Shown here: piece by piece, positions 17,018 to 26,705 of the stretch
Layout: every line of letters starts with the position of its first letter
Position numbering within the stretch: the stretch's first letter is position 1
Origin: Nitrosospira multiformis ATCC 25196
Lineage (GTDB): Bacteria; Pseudomonadota; Gammaproteobacteria; Burkholderiales; Nitrosomonadaceae
Length of the DNA stretch: 32,000 nt
Reading direction: 5' to 3'
Assembly: GCF_000196355.1 (NCBI RefSeq)
Contig: NC_007614.1
Location: 1,200,001 to 1,232,000 of the forward strand
Translations under genes and position numbers: made by a program
The notes under the pieces: model-generated
What the model was told of the DNA's origin: nothing
Seen by the model: only the letters and a program-made list of their open reading frames with translations
Databases searched by the model: none

Positions 17018-17238
17018 ATTTGAGGTGTATTTTTCGGGGAGCGGAGAATACAGGGTAACTTAAAAGATTGTCTTTATAAAGTATTGTGGTTGATACCGAA
17101 TCCGACATTGGCCACAGATCGCTCACGGGCGCGAAACAAGCATTAACAGACCCCACGCATACGTTGGTGGCGAGCGCAGTATAACGGGCGTGATCAGTCA
17201 ATGCGTGCTGCCAAAGACCTCATGCGAGGAGACTCTGG

Positions 17239-20200
17239 TCAGGGTTGAGGCTCCGCTAGTTCCTGGGCCGGCTGCCCTATCCGGGTTACGACAGGATCTG
17301 CCCAGGTGCCGGTAATGTTGTAGTCTCTTGATGGAGCAGGTGTTTTCTTCATGGCTGTGCTTGCAATCACCGATGCCATCCCCACTACGGGGGAGGCAAG
17401 TCCATAGGAAGGGGTCACCCTGATGTGAAGTTTTTGCGTTTCCGCTTCGAGATTCATCTGTCCATTCATTGTAACCCTTGCAGCCGGCCCGTTTATTTTA
17501 AGCTCATCGGTCGATGCAATGCCACTCGCGATATTTATGCTGCCGGAAATGTCGTCAAATCCGAAACCTTCACTGAACACATCGCGAAAGTCCAGCGTGA
17601 TCCTCCGCGGTAGTGAACGGAGATTGAAAATGCCGAAGAGCCTGCCGATTCCGGGCTCAAACCTGGGAAATTGTCCGCGTCTTGCACCAAGCTTGAACCT
17701 GCCGGACAAGGTGGAGTAATCTATCGATAGGGGATCCCCCTGCCAGGACAGGATGCCCTCGAGCGTACCGCTTCCACTGGTTACGCGATCAGGAAGGGCG
17801 AGCCGCTCAAGGAATTTCCCAATGTCATCTGTTTCCAGCATGACTGTGGCCTGCGTCTGTGGAGTCGGAACCCGGTTTTTCCATAGTCCTCGCATTTTTA
17901 TCGAACTGTCGGGGTTGACAATGTGCAGTTTGTCGATATACCAGTTCCGTTCTTCCTGATTTGCAACCAGTTCCAGCTTCCCCAGCTGTTTCTCGCCAAA
18001 AACAAAGTCATCCACGATTACATCGAGCGCCGGCAGATCCTTTTCCTGTTGCCTGCTTCTGGATACCGTGCCTGGGCCGGAAGGAGGGTTTGCAGGAATG
18101 ATCAGCCTGTTCAATCGCGCCACTATCTTGCCGGTACCGGATGGATTCCAGGTAATGCCTCCATTGACCTCCTCGCTTGTGATCCTGCAATACCACAGGC
18201 CGTCTTTTCTATTGGCATCCAGTGTGACATCATCGAACTGCCTGCCCAGAAAGCCAAGCGATTCTATATACAGGTTTAAGCCATTCAAACTGAAAGGGGC
18301 GGCGGGTTGGATTTCGAATTGCTTGAGCAAGAGGCGCCAACGGTCGAGATTCAATACGGGCAATGCACCCTTTATCACGATACCCGGCTCTTCAGGGAGA
18401 AAAACGGGTGAGGGACCGAAAACGATGGAACCACGTTCCACATGAAAATGACCGGAATCGTCACGGGTGCGGCTAATCTTTGCCTTGATGCGCTCGCCAT
18501 AGCTCAGATGCAGTTCCTCGCTCTGCGTACCCGTCGCCTTTCCTTCGAATTTCACTGGTATTGCATCATGCGCCGCCTTCGACAAAGGCTCGGGCAGATC
18601 CGAGGAAATTCCCTCCAATGATGATTCAACGCTCACATCTGTGGACCGGTTGCCTACGAGCACGGCTGCTCGCCAATCGCCGCTGCCGTGTATATGTCTG
18701 GTCCAGAAAGGGATATCGCGTGACCCGGTGGGTTGCGAAATGGCATTCAGGTTATCGAAGTCGACCTTTCCGATAGCGGAAAAACGTACGCCACCGCCTG
18801 GCATATCAGTGGAACTGATCAGCACGGGGCCGCCGAGAAGACGGCCGCTCAGGTTTTTCGTTCTTATTTCAGAATCGGTAAAGGTCAACGTGCCATTCAA
18901 TTGCTCCAGCTCGGGAATATATGAGGAGCTCGGGGCGATCCGGTTGTTCATGAATTGGTAGCGACCCCACAGTCTAGTTTCCCCTGGGCCGCGCAGTGGA
19001 GTATCAAGTTTGAGCAGCAATCTCCCGTCGCCAAAAATACGGGTATTCTCCATCAGCCAGTTATCGTAGGTGTCCGGTGTTTTTGCGGCAGCGAATGCCA
19101 GAAACTGACGAGTGGCGCCGGTCGCTTCCAGTTCGGTTTTGAGCCTAGCCTCGGTGGCAGTCATGTCAGGAATGATCAATCTTGCCTTCCCAAGGCGCGC
19201 CCCAAGAATATCTCCTTTGGAAACATTGATCTCCATGCGTTTATCGTTAAGACGCACTGTTCCGGCGAGATTCTCTATTCGCGGCCAGCCGGGGAGGGGA
19301 TCGAGCAACATGCCCGATATCTTTGCGGCAAATTCGAAGACACCGGGATTGCTTGAAACAAAGGGAGGTCGAGCCAGATTTCCCTTTAGGTGAAACCAGC
19401 CATTCGAAATACTCCCTGCAACAATGGATTCACCCAGCCAATCAGGAAGATACTCCCTCCCTTTTCCTTTCGCCGGCAGGAGACGCAGCAGAGAAGGTAT
19501 ATCGGCGCGCGTGAGATGAGTTGTCAAGTCGAGGATACCCGGGCTGGCGGGCGCTGTCTGGTAATTTCCATAGGCTGACCCGGCTGCGTACGCGCTGGAG
19601 AAGGAGATATTGCTGAATTTTACCAACTTTGAACCGTTGCTGGTCAGATTCCATCTTATCTGTCCAGCAAGTGTATTCAGTGTTACCGGTTCAATCGTTG
19701 GATCCGGTAGTTGCAGCACCGTGTTTTGGGAATCCAGATTCAGCGTGCCTCCCTGTTCGGTAATATGAATATTCCCGCTGACGCCAGTGAAGGCAGGCAT
19801 GCCATCGGACCTTTTCATTCCCAGTTTGGTAAATCTTCCAGTGGCATGGAAAGAAGAAGGCTCCGCCCATTCCCCCGTCCATTTTATCAACACCGAATGC
19901 AGTTTACCGCGGGGAGAAACAGCGCGGATTTTAGCCCGGAGCGGCTCACTCATCGGCAGGTATTTCGCCAACTCCTCCAGTTTATCCAGTCTCAGATTCT
20001 GGACGCTCAATGTGTTGCTATCCGGTTGGCTGGCATCGTGGTGAAGCTGCTGGAACGAAAAATCCAGCAAAGGCAAAGGCGGTTTGCCATAAAACGCGGC
20101 ATCGAGCCGACGGGCAAAAAATTGACTGCCGTTGCTGCCGTTGTCCTCCACCTTGTGCCATCCTACCCTGCCTGCCAGCCTGGTGAGGCTCACTTCCGGC

Positions 20201-21063
20201 AGAGTCGACTCGAGCCGCGCCTTTACATTCTGCAAGCGCATGTCTGCCGTAACTTTGTTCATGTCTGTGCCGTCGATATTTGCCCAGATCCGCAGCGCGC
20301 CAACGCCCCGATTCAACTTTATTTCCTCGGGGAAAGGCAGCCAGGCCTGCCACCCCGCTATATCGGCACGGGTTATCTGCATGAAAAGCCGGCCCCGCCA
20401 CAATCCGGGGTTGGCCAACGACTCTCCCTTGAAATCCCCGCGCATATCAAGGTGAGCGGCAAGCCGCGTGGGGGGTATGGCGCGGATGCCGAAGCGATGA
20501 TGTCTGCCCCGGTTCTCGAGGCGCAGGTTGACCAGCAGTTCCAGTTGCGGCGCGGTGCGCTGGTCATCCTGCCAGAGAATATTGGCATTGTTTATGATGA
20601 CTTGCCTCTGGTTGAGGAGCCAGTCGAAAAAGCCATCTTCACTTTCGGTAAATTCCTGCTTTAGTGCGAATCCGGCGACATGAATGACACCGGCAGTGTC
20701 TCGACGTACGATCAAATCAGGCTGATCGATTGCGATTTCACGAAAAAGCAATTCGCCATGCAATATCGAACGCCATGAAAGCGTGCCTTCAAGGCGATTC
20801 AGCAGCAAGGTGACACCCTGGTTATCATGCACGCGCACATCACGCAGCATCATGTGGGGACGGAACCCGTCCCAATTCGCGCTGATCTCGCCCAGTGTTA
20901 CATATTGACCGGAAGCATGGCTGATGGCGGAAGCGAGGTTTTCACGGTACTGTTCGATATTCGGCAGCAGCCAATAGCGGAGAGACAGCAGCAGAACCGA
21001 AAAGACGGCTGCCACTGCAATCAGTACCCACATGGAAAGCCGGAACAGGAAGCTCCGTAGCAT
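17239..21063 (-). CDS. yhdP: YhdP-family (AsmA-like, DUF3971/AsmA_2) large envelope protein
   Basis: ORF 17239..21306. The plausible start is ATG 21063 (MLRSFLFRLSMWVLIAVAAVFSVLLLSL, the N-terminal anchor), giving 1274 aa, similar to E. coli YhdP. N-terminal ISANWDGFRPHMML resembles the E. coli LSASWQNFGPTLE. It sits beside tldD, as in E. coli. Confidence 0.8.
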   Translation of the reverse strand: MLRSFLFRLSMWVLIAVAAVFSVLLLSLRYWLLPNIEQYRENLASAISHASGQYVTLGEISANWDGFRPHMMLRDVRVHDNQGVTLLLNRLEGTLSWRSILHGELLFREIAIDQPDLIVRRDTAGVIHVAGFALKQEFTESEDGFFDWLLNQRQVIINNANILWQDDQRTAPQLELLVNLRLENRGRHHRFGIRAIPPTRLAAHLDMRGDFKGESLANPGLWRGRLFMQITRADIAGWQAWLPFPEEIKLNRGVGALRIWANIDGTDMNKVTADMRLQNVKARLESTLPEVSLTRLAGRVGWHKVEDNGSNGSQFFARRLDAAFYGKPPLPLLDFSFQQLHHDASQPDSNTLSVQNLRLDKLEELAKYLPMSEPLRAKIRAVSPRGKLHSVLIKWTGEWAEPSSFHATGRFTKLGMKRSDGMPAFTGVSGNIHITEQGGTLNLDSQNTVLQLPDPTIEPVTLNTLAGQIRWNLTSNGSKLVKFSNISFSSAYAAGSAYGNYQTAPASPGILDLTTHLTRADIPSLLRLLPAKGKGREYLPDWLGESIVAGSISNGWFHLKGNLARPPFVSSNPGVFEFAAKISGMLLDPLPGWPRIENLAGTVRLNDKRMEINVSKGDILGARLGKARLIIPDMTATEARLKTELEATGATRQFLAFAAAKTPDTYDNWLMENTRIFGDGRLLLKLDTPLRGPGETRLWGRYQFMNNRIAPSSSYIPELEQLNGTLTFTDSEIRTKNLSGRLLGGPVLISSTDMPGGGVRFSAIGKVDFDNLNAISQPTGSRDIPFWTRHIHGSGDWRAAVLVGNRSTDVSVESSLEGISSDLPEPLSKAAHDAIPVKFEGKATGTQSEELHLSYGERIKAKISRTRDDSGHFHVERGSIVFGPSPVFLPEEPGIVIKGALPVLNLDRWRLLLKQFEIQPAAPFSLNGLNLYIESLGFLGRQFDDVTLDANRKDGLWYCRITSEEVNGGITWNPSGTGKIVARLNRLIIPANPPSGPGTVSRSRQQEKDLPALDVIVDDFVFGEKQLGKLELVANQEERNWYIDKLHIVNPDSSIKMRGLWKNRVPTPQTQATVMLETDDIGKFLERLALPDRVTSGSGTLEGILSWQGDPLSIDYSTLSGRFKLGARRGQFPRFEPGIGRLFGIFNLRSLPRRITLDFRDVFSEGFGFDDISGSINIASGIASTDELKINGPAARVTMNGQMNLEAETQKLHIRVTPSYGLASPVVGMASVIASTAMKKTPAPSRDYNITGTWADPVVTRIGQPAQELAEPQP

Positions 21064-21340
21064 AAAAGATAAAATTGCTGACAGGTTCAATAAATTGTTC
21101 CGATACGGGTGCTGGGGGAAGGACGCAGGAACATTCGGACCCCGCTGAGTATGCGTTAAATCATACTTACCGGAAGAAATCTGATCCGGAGGTAAATGGC
21201 GGGGGCAGATGCGACAAAGCGGATTAGATGCGGCAGCTGCTTCTGTGTTCAATCCTTCAATAGAAGCCGCGACACAGGTTGTGCAGGAATTATCTACTCC
21301 ACCCATTATCCTCCCGTTTTATTTTAACCTGAATTCAACC

Positions 21341-24121
21341 ATGCCTTCTGATCGCCCCGCTGGAGAAATAGTGCAATCTGTCCTGCCGCTGAGCCGTTAC
21401 GCTCAGGCTCAGCTGGCAAACGATGCCGCTCTGCTGGCTGAGTTGGAGCAAAACCTGCGCCGCCCCTTCATGCGAGAAGAAATGCAGGCATTTTTGCAGG
21501 CCTCCGCCGAAGGGATAAATAATGAGGAAGGGCTGCACGCAGTCTTGCGCGGCTTGCGCAAGCAGGTGCTGCTGCGAGTGGCGATACGGGACTTGGCAGG
21601 GCTGGCTGACCTGGCCGAGGTGATGTCATCCATGACAATCCTGGCAGAGCTTACCATCGGTTTCGCACTCGAGCGCTTGTATGCCTGGCTAGCCGAGCCA
21701 GGGCGGTACGGTCAACCGAAAAACACCGATAACCGCATTCAGCAGATGCTGGTCGTCGGGATGGGAAAGCTTGGGGGCGGGGAACTCAATGTTTCCTCTG
21801 ATGTGGATCTTATTTTCGTATATCCGGAAGATGGCGAGACCGATGGGCACCGATCAATTTCCAATCAGGATTTTTTCGTTCGTCTGGGACGGAAGCTGAT
21901 TACAAGTTTGAATGACATTACCGCGGAGGGTTTCGTTTTCCGGGTGGATATGCGGTTGCGGCCTTATGGGGAAAGCGGACCGCTGACGATGAGCTTTGCG
22001 ATGTTGGAAGAATATCTGATCACCCAGGGACGCGAATGGGAGCGTTACGCATGGATCAAAAGCCGCGTCGTAGCAGGTCCGCGCGAAGAAAAACCGGTAC
22101 TTGTAGAGCAGATCGCGCAACCCTTCGTGTTTCGCAAATATCTGGACTTCGGTGCTTATGAATCCATGCGCGCGCTTCATGCCCAAATCCGCCGGGAGGT
22201 TCAGCGCCGGGAAATGCACGGAAATATCAAGCTTGGGGCGGGCGGTATTCGCGAAATCGAGTTCATTGCCCAGGTATTCCAGCTGATCCGGGGCGGGCGC
22301 GATCCGGATTTCCGCATCCGGCCCACGCTTGCTGTACTGGGTTTGCTGGGGGAAAAGCAGCAGTTACCAGGGGAAGCGGTGACAGAGCTGGTCGAGGCAT
22401 ACACCTTTTTACGCAATCTCGAACATCGCCTGCAGTATCTTGACGATCAACAGACTCACCTCCTCCCTGCAACCCCCCCGGATCAGTCGGTGATTGCAGC
22501 CTCGATGGGTTTTTCGTCCTATGACGGATTTTTAAAGAAGCTCAACGCCCATCGCTCGAATATAACGCGACATTTTGAAGCTATCTTCGCGACCCCTCGT
22601 ACTTCGCAGGCCTCCAATGCGCTTGCCGACTTGTGGAAGGCTGGAGAAAACGGCGTTCAAGCCGAAGCCGCGCAGACGCAACTCGCTAAACTGGGGTTTT
22701 CCAATCCGCAGAAAGTTCTCGAGTGTGTGGAGGAATTTCGCTCGGGCACCCGCTACAGGCAGTTGCCGCAAACGAGCAAAAAACGCATCGATGCGCTTGT
22801 TCCCACTCTGATCGAAGTGGCTGCGAAGTTTCCTTCCGCAGACCTCACGCTGGAACGGCTGATACGGTTACTGGAAACCGTCAGCAGGCGCTCAGCTTAT
22901 CTGGCTCTGCTGCGCGAGTATCCCCAGGCTTTAGGGCGGGTAGCCAAGCTGGTCAGCGCAAGCCAGTGGGCCAGCGAATACCTGAACAGGCATCCGATCC
23001 TGCTGGACGAACTGCTTCCGGGACAGTTCCGAAATCCGCTTGATTGGTCTCGTGCCAAGGAAAGATTGATGCGCCAATTGCAGGACGCGCAGGGTTCTGG
23101 CGGCACGGATGTCGAACAGCAAATGGATATATTGCGGCATTTCCACCATGCCCAGGTATTTCAGTTGCTGGCGCGGGATGTGGAAGGATTGCTGCCCCTT
23201 GAGATCTTGAGTGACCATCTTTCCGATCTTGCCGACTTGTTGCTCGATGCTGTATTGCACCTTGCCTGGGCGGGGTTGAGAAGGAGGCATAGAGATATCC
23301 CCGCTTTTGCCATCATCGGCTATGGCAAGCTTGGCGGCAAGGAACTTGGCTATGCCTCCGACCTCGATATCATTTTTCTCTATGACGATCCCCATGCCGA
23401 CGCTTCAGAAAGCTATGCCCGGCTGAGCCAGCGTATCAACTCATGGCTCACCAGCTATACTTCAGCCGGCTTACTCTATCAGACAGACCTGCGCTTGCGC
23501 CCCAACGGCAGCAGCGGCCTGCTGGTAAGTTCGGTTCAGGCATTTGCTGAATATCAGCATCATCATGCATGGGTCTGGGAGCATCAGGCGTTGAGCCGGG
23601 CGCGATTCGTGGCCGGAGATGCACAGGTAGGGGAGGCATTCGAGCGTATTCGCAGGGAAGTGCTGCGTCACCCGCGGGAATTGTCGGATCTGAAACGGGA
23701 AGTATTGGTAATGCGGCAAAAAATGCTCGACGCTCACCCCAACAACAGCGGGTTATTCGACATCAAGCATGACCGTGGAGGCCTTATCGACGTCGAGTTC
23801 ATCGTGCAATACCTCGTCCTTGGATACGCCTGCCATCACAAGGAATTGACCGGCAATATCGGTAATATCGCGTTGTTGAAGCTGGCGGCAAAGCTGGGGT
23901 TGATCAGGAATGAAGTCGCAGAACCGGCCCTTAATGCCTACCGGGAATTTCGGCGGACGCAACACTGGCTGAGATTGAGCGGTTACTCCGACCTTGCGGG
24001 TTCATCTTCCGCGAACGGCAAATCGCAAAAATTTGCACGCGTTGAAGCAGATTATTTTGAGAATGAAATCGCGGCAGTTTCCGGCTTGTGGAGCGAAGTC
24101 TTCGGCGCATCCGCGGTTTAG
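21341..24121 (+). CDS. glnE: Bifunctional glutamine synthetase adenylyltransferase/adenylyl-removing enzyme
   Basis: ORF 21209..24121. The likely start is ATG 21341 (MPSDRPAGE...), giving 926 aa. It has two nucleotidyltransferase cores, GMGKLGGGELNVSSDVDLIFVY and GYGKLGGKELGYASDLDIIFLY, each followed by YQTDLRLRP or FRVDMRLRP. Confidence 0.9.
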   Translation: MPSDRPAGEIVQSVLPLSRYAQAQLANDAALLAELEQNLRRPFMREEMQAFLQASAEGINNEEGLHAVLRGLRKQVLLRVAIRDLAGLADLAEVMSSMTILAELTIGFALERLYAWLAEPGRYGQPKNTDNRIQQMLVVGMGKLGGGELNVSSDVDLIFVYPEDGETDGHRSISNQDFFVRLGRKLITSLNDITAEGFVFRVDMRLRPYGESGPLTMSFAMLEEYLITQGREWERYAWIKSRVVAGPREEKPVLVEQIAQPFVFRKYLDFGAYESMRALHAQIRREVQRREMHGNIKLGAGGIREIEFIAQVFQLIRGGRDPDFRIRPTLAVLGLLGEKQQLPGEAVTELVEAYTFLRNLEHRLQYLDDQQTHLLPATPPDQSVIAASMGFSSYDGFLKKLNAHRSNITRHFEAIFATPRTSQASNALADLWKAGENGVQAEAAQTQLAKLGFSNPQKVLECVEEFRSGTRYRQLPQTSKKRIDALVPTLIEVAAKFPSADLTLERLIRLLETVSRRSAYLALLREYPQALGRVAKLVSASQWASEYLNRHPILLDELLPGQFRNPLDWSRAKERLMRQLQDAQGSGGTDVEQQMDILRHFHHAQVFQLLARDVEGLLPLEILSDHLSDLADLLLDAVLHLAWAGLRRRHRDIPAFAIIGYGKLGGKELGYASDLDIIFLYDDPHADASESYARLSQRINSWLTSYTSAGLLYQTDLRLRPNGSSGLLVSSVQAFAEYQHHHAWVWEHQALSRARFVAGDAQVGEAFERIRREVLRHPRELSDLKREVLVMRQKMLDAHPNNSGLFDIKHDRGGLIDVEFIVQYLVLGYACHHKELTGNIGNIALLKLAAKLGLIRNEVAEPALNAYREFRRTQHWLRLSGYSDLAGSSSANGKSQKFARVEADYFENEIAAVSGLWSEVFGASAV

Positions 24122-24349
24122 TCCTCCCGGATTCAGGGTACACCTCCATCATAATTCAGCAGTTCGATGAGATGAATGCGCACGCGCTGGAAATATTTCT
24201 TTAACTAATGGAGCAATTGTCTCTTGCGGTTTGGGTACGAAGTGCTATACCTCTAAAAAGTCCTGAAAAAATTCGACGTTTTCTCTGGTTATAGGTCCGT
24301 AAAGCCTATTGAATCTTTTAAGAAAGAGGGGAGAAAAGGGAGGTTTACC

Positions 24350-25261
24350 ATGCACTCAGTCAAAATGCTCGCCGGAGCAGCGTTTGCTTCCGCCATTCTT
24401 TGCAGTCCCTCCGCGTGGTCCGCCGCCCCCGTGGTGTACAGCGGATCGGGCGCCAACGCAACTACCGCTCTTGACGCTTTTCGCGCCGCAATCGGAGGCG
24501 CCAAGAATACCGGCGCGCCCGAAATGAGCGGTCGCCGCGAAATCAGTTGGGATGGAGTCAGGCTTGACGGTACAGACGTGAATCCGAACACTCAAGTGGT
24601 TGACAGCGGTCATACAGTCATCATCCCAGTTGATCGTTTCCGCGCCCAGGGCGCATTATTCGAGGATCCCTATGCGGTAAGCGGAGATGGCTTTGCCAGT
24701 GTTAACCCCGCCACAGCGGGGCAGTTTCCTGCCTTCAGCCCCAACAATACCTTCGTCATGCAGGATGACACTCCATACCAGTTCGATGACCGCTTCATCG
24801 GCCAAAGCTTCACCATTCCCGGCACGGCGACAGCAGCAGGGACACGCGGTTTCGGTGCCATCTTTGTCGATGTAGAAAAAGCTGGCAGCAGCAGCATCGA
24901 ATACTTCGGTCATGACAGCAGCGGACACGAGATCAGCCTCGGCACCTTTAATGTGCCCACGGGTACCAGCGGCGAACCGCAGTTCCTCGGTGTGCTGTTC
25001 GATCAGCCGGTGGTGACGGACGTGAAACTGGCTGTGGGGACAAACACCCTGTTCAACTTCGATGGCACTCATTTTCAGTCCTTTGGCGGTGAAAATCTTG
25101 CTGCCGGTACTGATCTTGCCGTCACCGATGATTTCGTCTACGCGGAACCGACCGTGGCAGCAGCCATTCCCGAGCCGTCATCTTATGCCTTGATGCTGGC
25201 GGGCCTTAGCTTGCTTGGTTTGATTGCCTATCGCAAAAAATCCGCGTTTAACCAGCTCTAG
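24350..25261 (+). CDS. PEP-CTERM sorting-signal protein with an uncharacterised ~250-aa secreted domain
   Basis: Strong RBS (GGGAGG 7 nt before the ATG). It has the signal peptide MHSVKMLAGAAFASAILCSPSAWS|AAP. The C-terminal IPEPSSYALMLAGLSLLGLIAYRKKS (25169-25258) gives a PEP motif, a TM helix and a basic cluster. Confidence 0.8.
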   Translation: MHSVKMLAGAAFASAILCSPSAWSAAPVVYSGSGANATTALDAFRAAIGGAKNTGAPEMSGRREISWDGVRLDGTDVNPNTQVVDSGHTVIIPVDRFRAQGALFEDPYAVSGDGFASVNPATAGQFPAFSPNNTFVMQDDTPYQFDDRFIGQSFTIPGTATAAGTRGFGAIFVDVEKAGSSSIEYFGHDSSGHEISLGTFNVPTGTSGEPQFLGVLFDQPVVTDVKLAVGTNTLFNFDGTHFQSFGGENLAAGTDLAVTDDFVYAEPTVAAAIPEPSSYALMLAGLSLLGLIAYRKKSAFNQL

Positions 25262-25270
25262 CATCATTTC

Positions 25271-25306
25271 AAACAAACCCCATCTCAGCGAATGGGGTTT
25301 GTTTTT
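25271..25306 (+). terminator. Rho-independent terminator after the PEP-CTERM gene
   Basis: Perfect 13-bp stem: aaacaaaccccat (25271-25283) pairs with atggggtttgttt (25292-25304). The loop is 8 nt and the stem runs into a T-tract (gtttgttttt). It starts 10 nt after the stop. Confidence 0.75.
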
Positions 25307-25734
25307 CAGCGACATTATTTTTATCGCCGTATTGCTGAGAAGGATTCAAAGTAACCAGCTGTTCCCGCAAACCACCCAAACGCTCTCAGCCCCTCTGCAA
25401 TCGTATTTGCCTATAACCGGCTTATACACTCTATCGGTACTCCAGCGGCAATCACCGGCGATTGTACTCAATCCTAAAAACCGACGGCAGTAAACTCCAA
25501 TCTTCCGCCTGTCGCGAAACCGCATCTGCCTCGCTGGTATTCAGGATAAATTCCACTTTGATAGCAATTCCAGAATAATCCAGGCACTAACGGACGAGCC
25601 TGGCAGGTATGTGGAATGGTTGCAAGTCTCGTGCAAACAGTCTGCTTTCCTGTACCCCTTCTCTCGAAAGGGAATCCCGAGGATCAGGAAATGCGTTAGA
25701 ATATACGAACTTAAATTCTCTCCGGAGTTTGTGA

Positions 25735-26652
25735 ATGTCAATGGCTGACCGCGACGGTGTGATCTGGAGTGATGGAAAGATGATTCCGTGGCGTGAGGCT
25801 ACCACACATGTACTCACCCACACCCTGCATTATGGGATGGGGGTATTCGAAGGATTGCGTGCCTACGAAACCCCCCGCGGATCTGCAATTTTCCGTCTGA
25901 AAGAACACACCGATCGTTTGTTCAATTCCGCGCACATCTTCATGATGAAGATGCCCTATGACAAGGCGACGCTGATACAGGCGCAGTGCGATGTCGTAAG
26001 GCAGAACGATCTGAAGTCGTGTTATATCCGTCCCATCGTGTTTTATGGTTCCGAAGCCATGGGCATTTCAGCTAAAACGCTTTCGGTGCACGTGGCTATT
26101 GCAGCTTGGGCGTGGGGCACGTATCTTGGTCCTGATGGCCTCGAAAAAGGCATCCGTGTCAAGACTTCGTCATTTACGCGGCATCATGTGAATATCAATA
26201 TGTGCCGTGCCAAGTCGGTCACGACCTATGCAAATTCCATCCTCGCGCATCAGGAGGTAGCGCATGATGGCTATGATGAGGCGCTGCTTCTCGATGTGGA
26301 CGGCTATGTTGCTGAAGGGGCTGGTGAAAACATATTCATCGTGAAGCAGGGCAAATTGTATACGCCTGACTTGACTTCCTGTCTGGAAGGCATTACGCGC
26401 GCATCTCTCATAGAGCTTGCGGAAGAAATCGGAATCCCGGTTATCGAGAAGCGCATCACCCGCGATGAAGTCTATTGCGCGGATGAAGCCTTTTTCACCG
26501 GCACCGCAGCCGAGGTAACACCAATCAGGGAACTGGATAACCGCACGATCGGCAGCGGCAGGCGTGGTCCTATTACAGAAAAGCTCCAGGCCCTCTTTTT
26601 TGAATGTGCCAGAGGCAACGGCAAACATGCCGAGTGGCTCACCCATGTCTGA
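25735..26652 (+). CDS. ilvE: Branched-chain amino acid aminotransferase (class IV)
   Basis: 305-aa ORF, collinear by eye with E. coli IlvE: IWSDGKMIPWREATTHVLTHTLHYGMGVFEGLRAY, YIRPIVFYG, EGAGENIFIVK and FFTGTAAEVTPIRELD. Confidence 0.9.
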   Translation: MSMADRDGVIWSDGKMIPWREATTHVLTHTLHYGMGVFEGLRAYETPRGSAIFRLKEHTDRLFNSAHIFMMKMPYDKATLIQAQCDVVRQNDLKSCYIRPIVFYGSEAMGISAKTLSVHVAIAAWAWGTYLGPDGLEKGIRVKTSSFTRHHVNINMCRAKSVTTYANSILAHQEVAHDGYDEALLLDVDGYVAEGAGENIFIVKQGKLYTPDLTSCLEGITRASLIELAEEIGIPVIEKRITRDEVYCADEAFFTGTAAEVTPIRELDNRTIGSGRRGPITEKLQALFFECARGNGKHAEWLTHV

Positions 26653-26705
26653 TAAAACGTTATATCCTCACCGATACATTTAAGCGATACGTCCAGGAAA
26701 ATCTG

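Noticed and set aside
17060-17130. tRNA-like fragment (ggttgataccgaatcc) in the yhdP-nit spacer
   Set aside because: It does not fit the T-arm (GGTTCGAATCC) stem pairing. There is no acceptor stem or anticodon arm around it.
19711-20664. 317-aa plus-strand ORF inside yhdP
   Set aside because: It is antisense to a well-supported 1274-aa gene. Its composition is low-complexity and Arg/Pro/Gln-rich, and it has no RBS or motif. It is a shadow ORF.
21064-21340. ORF-track N-terminal extensions of yhdP (to 21306) and glnE (from 21209), which would make the divergent genes overlap
   Set aside because: The extensions lack similarity to the respective families. Internal Mets at 21063 and 21341 give native-looking N-termini and leave a 277-bp divergent promoter region.
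24209-24227. Sigma-54-like TGG...TTGC upstream of the PEP-CTERM gene
   Set aside because: 12 nt separate GG and TTGC, against 8 nt in the consensus TGGCACG-N4-TTGC. The spacing is incompatible.
25609-25734. 41-codon uORF ending with TGA immediately before the ilvE ATG
   Set aside because: It is simply the ilvE frame read upstream to the next ATG. It has no RBS and no Ile/Leu/Val-rich attenuator-type peptide.
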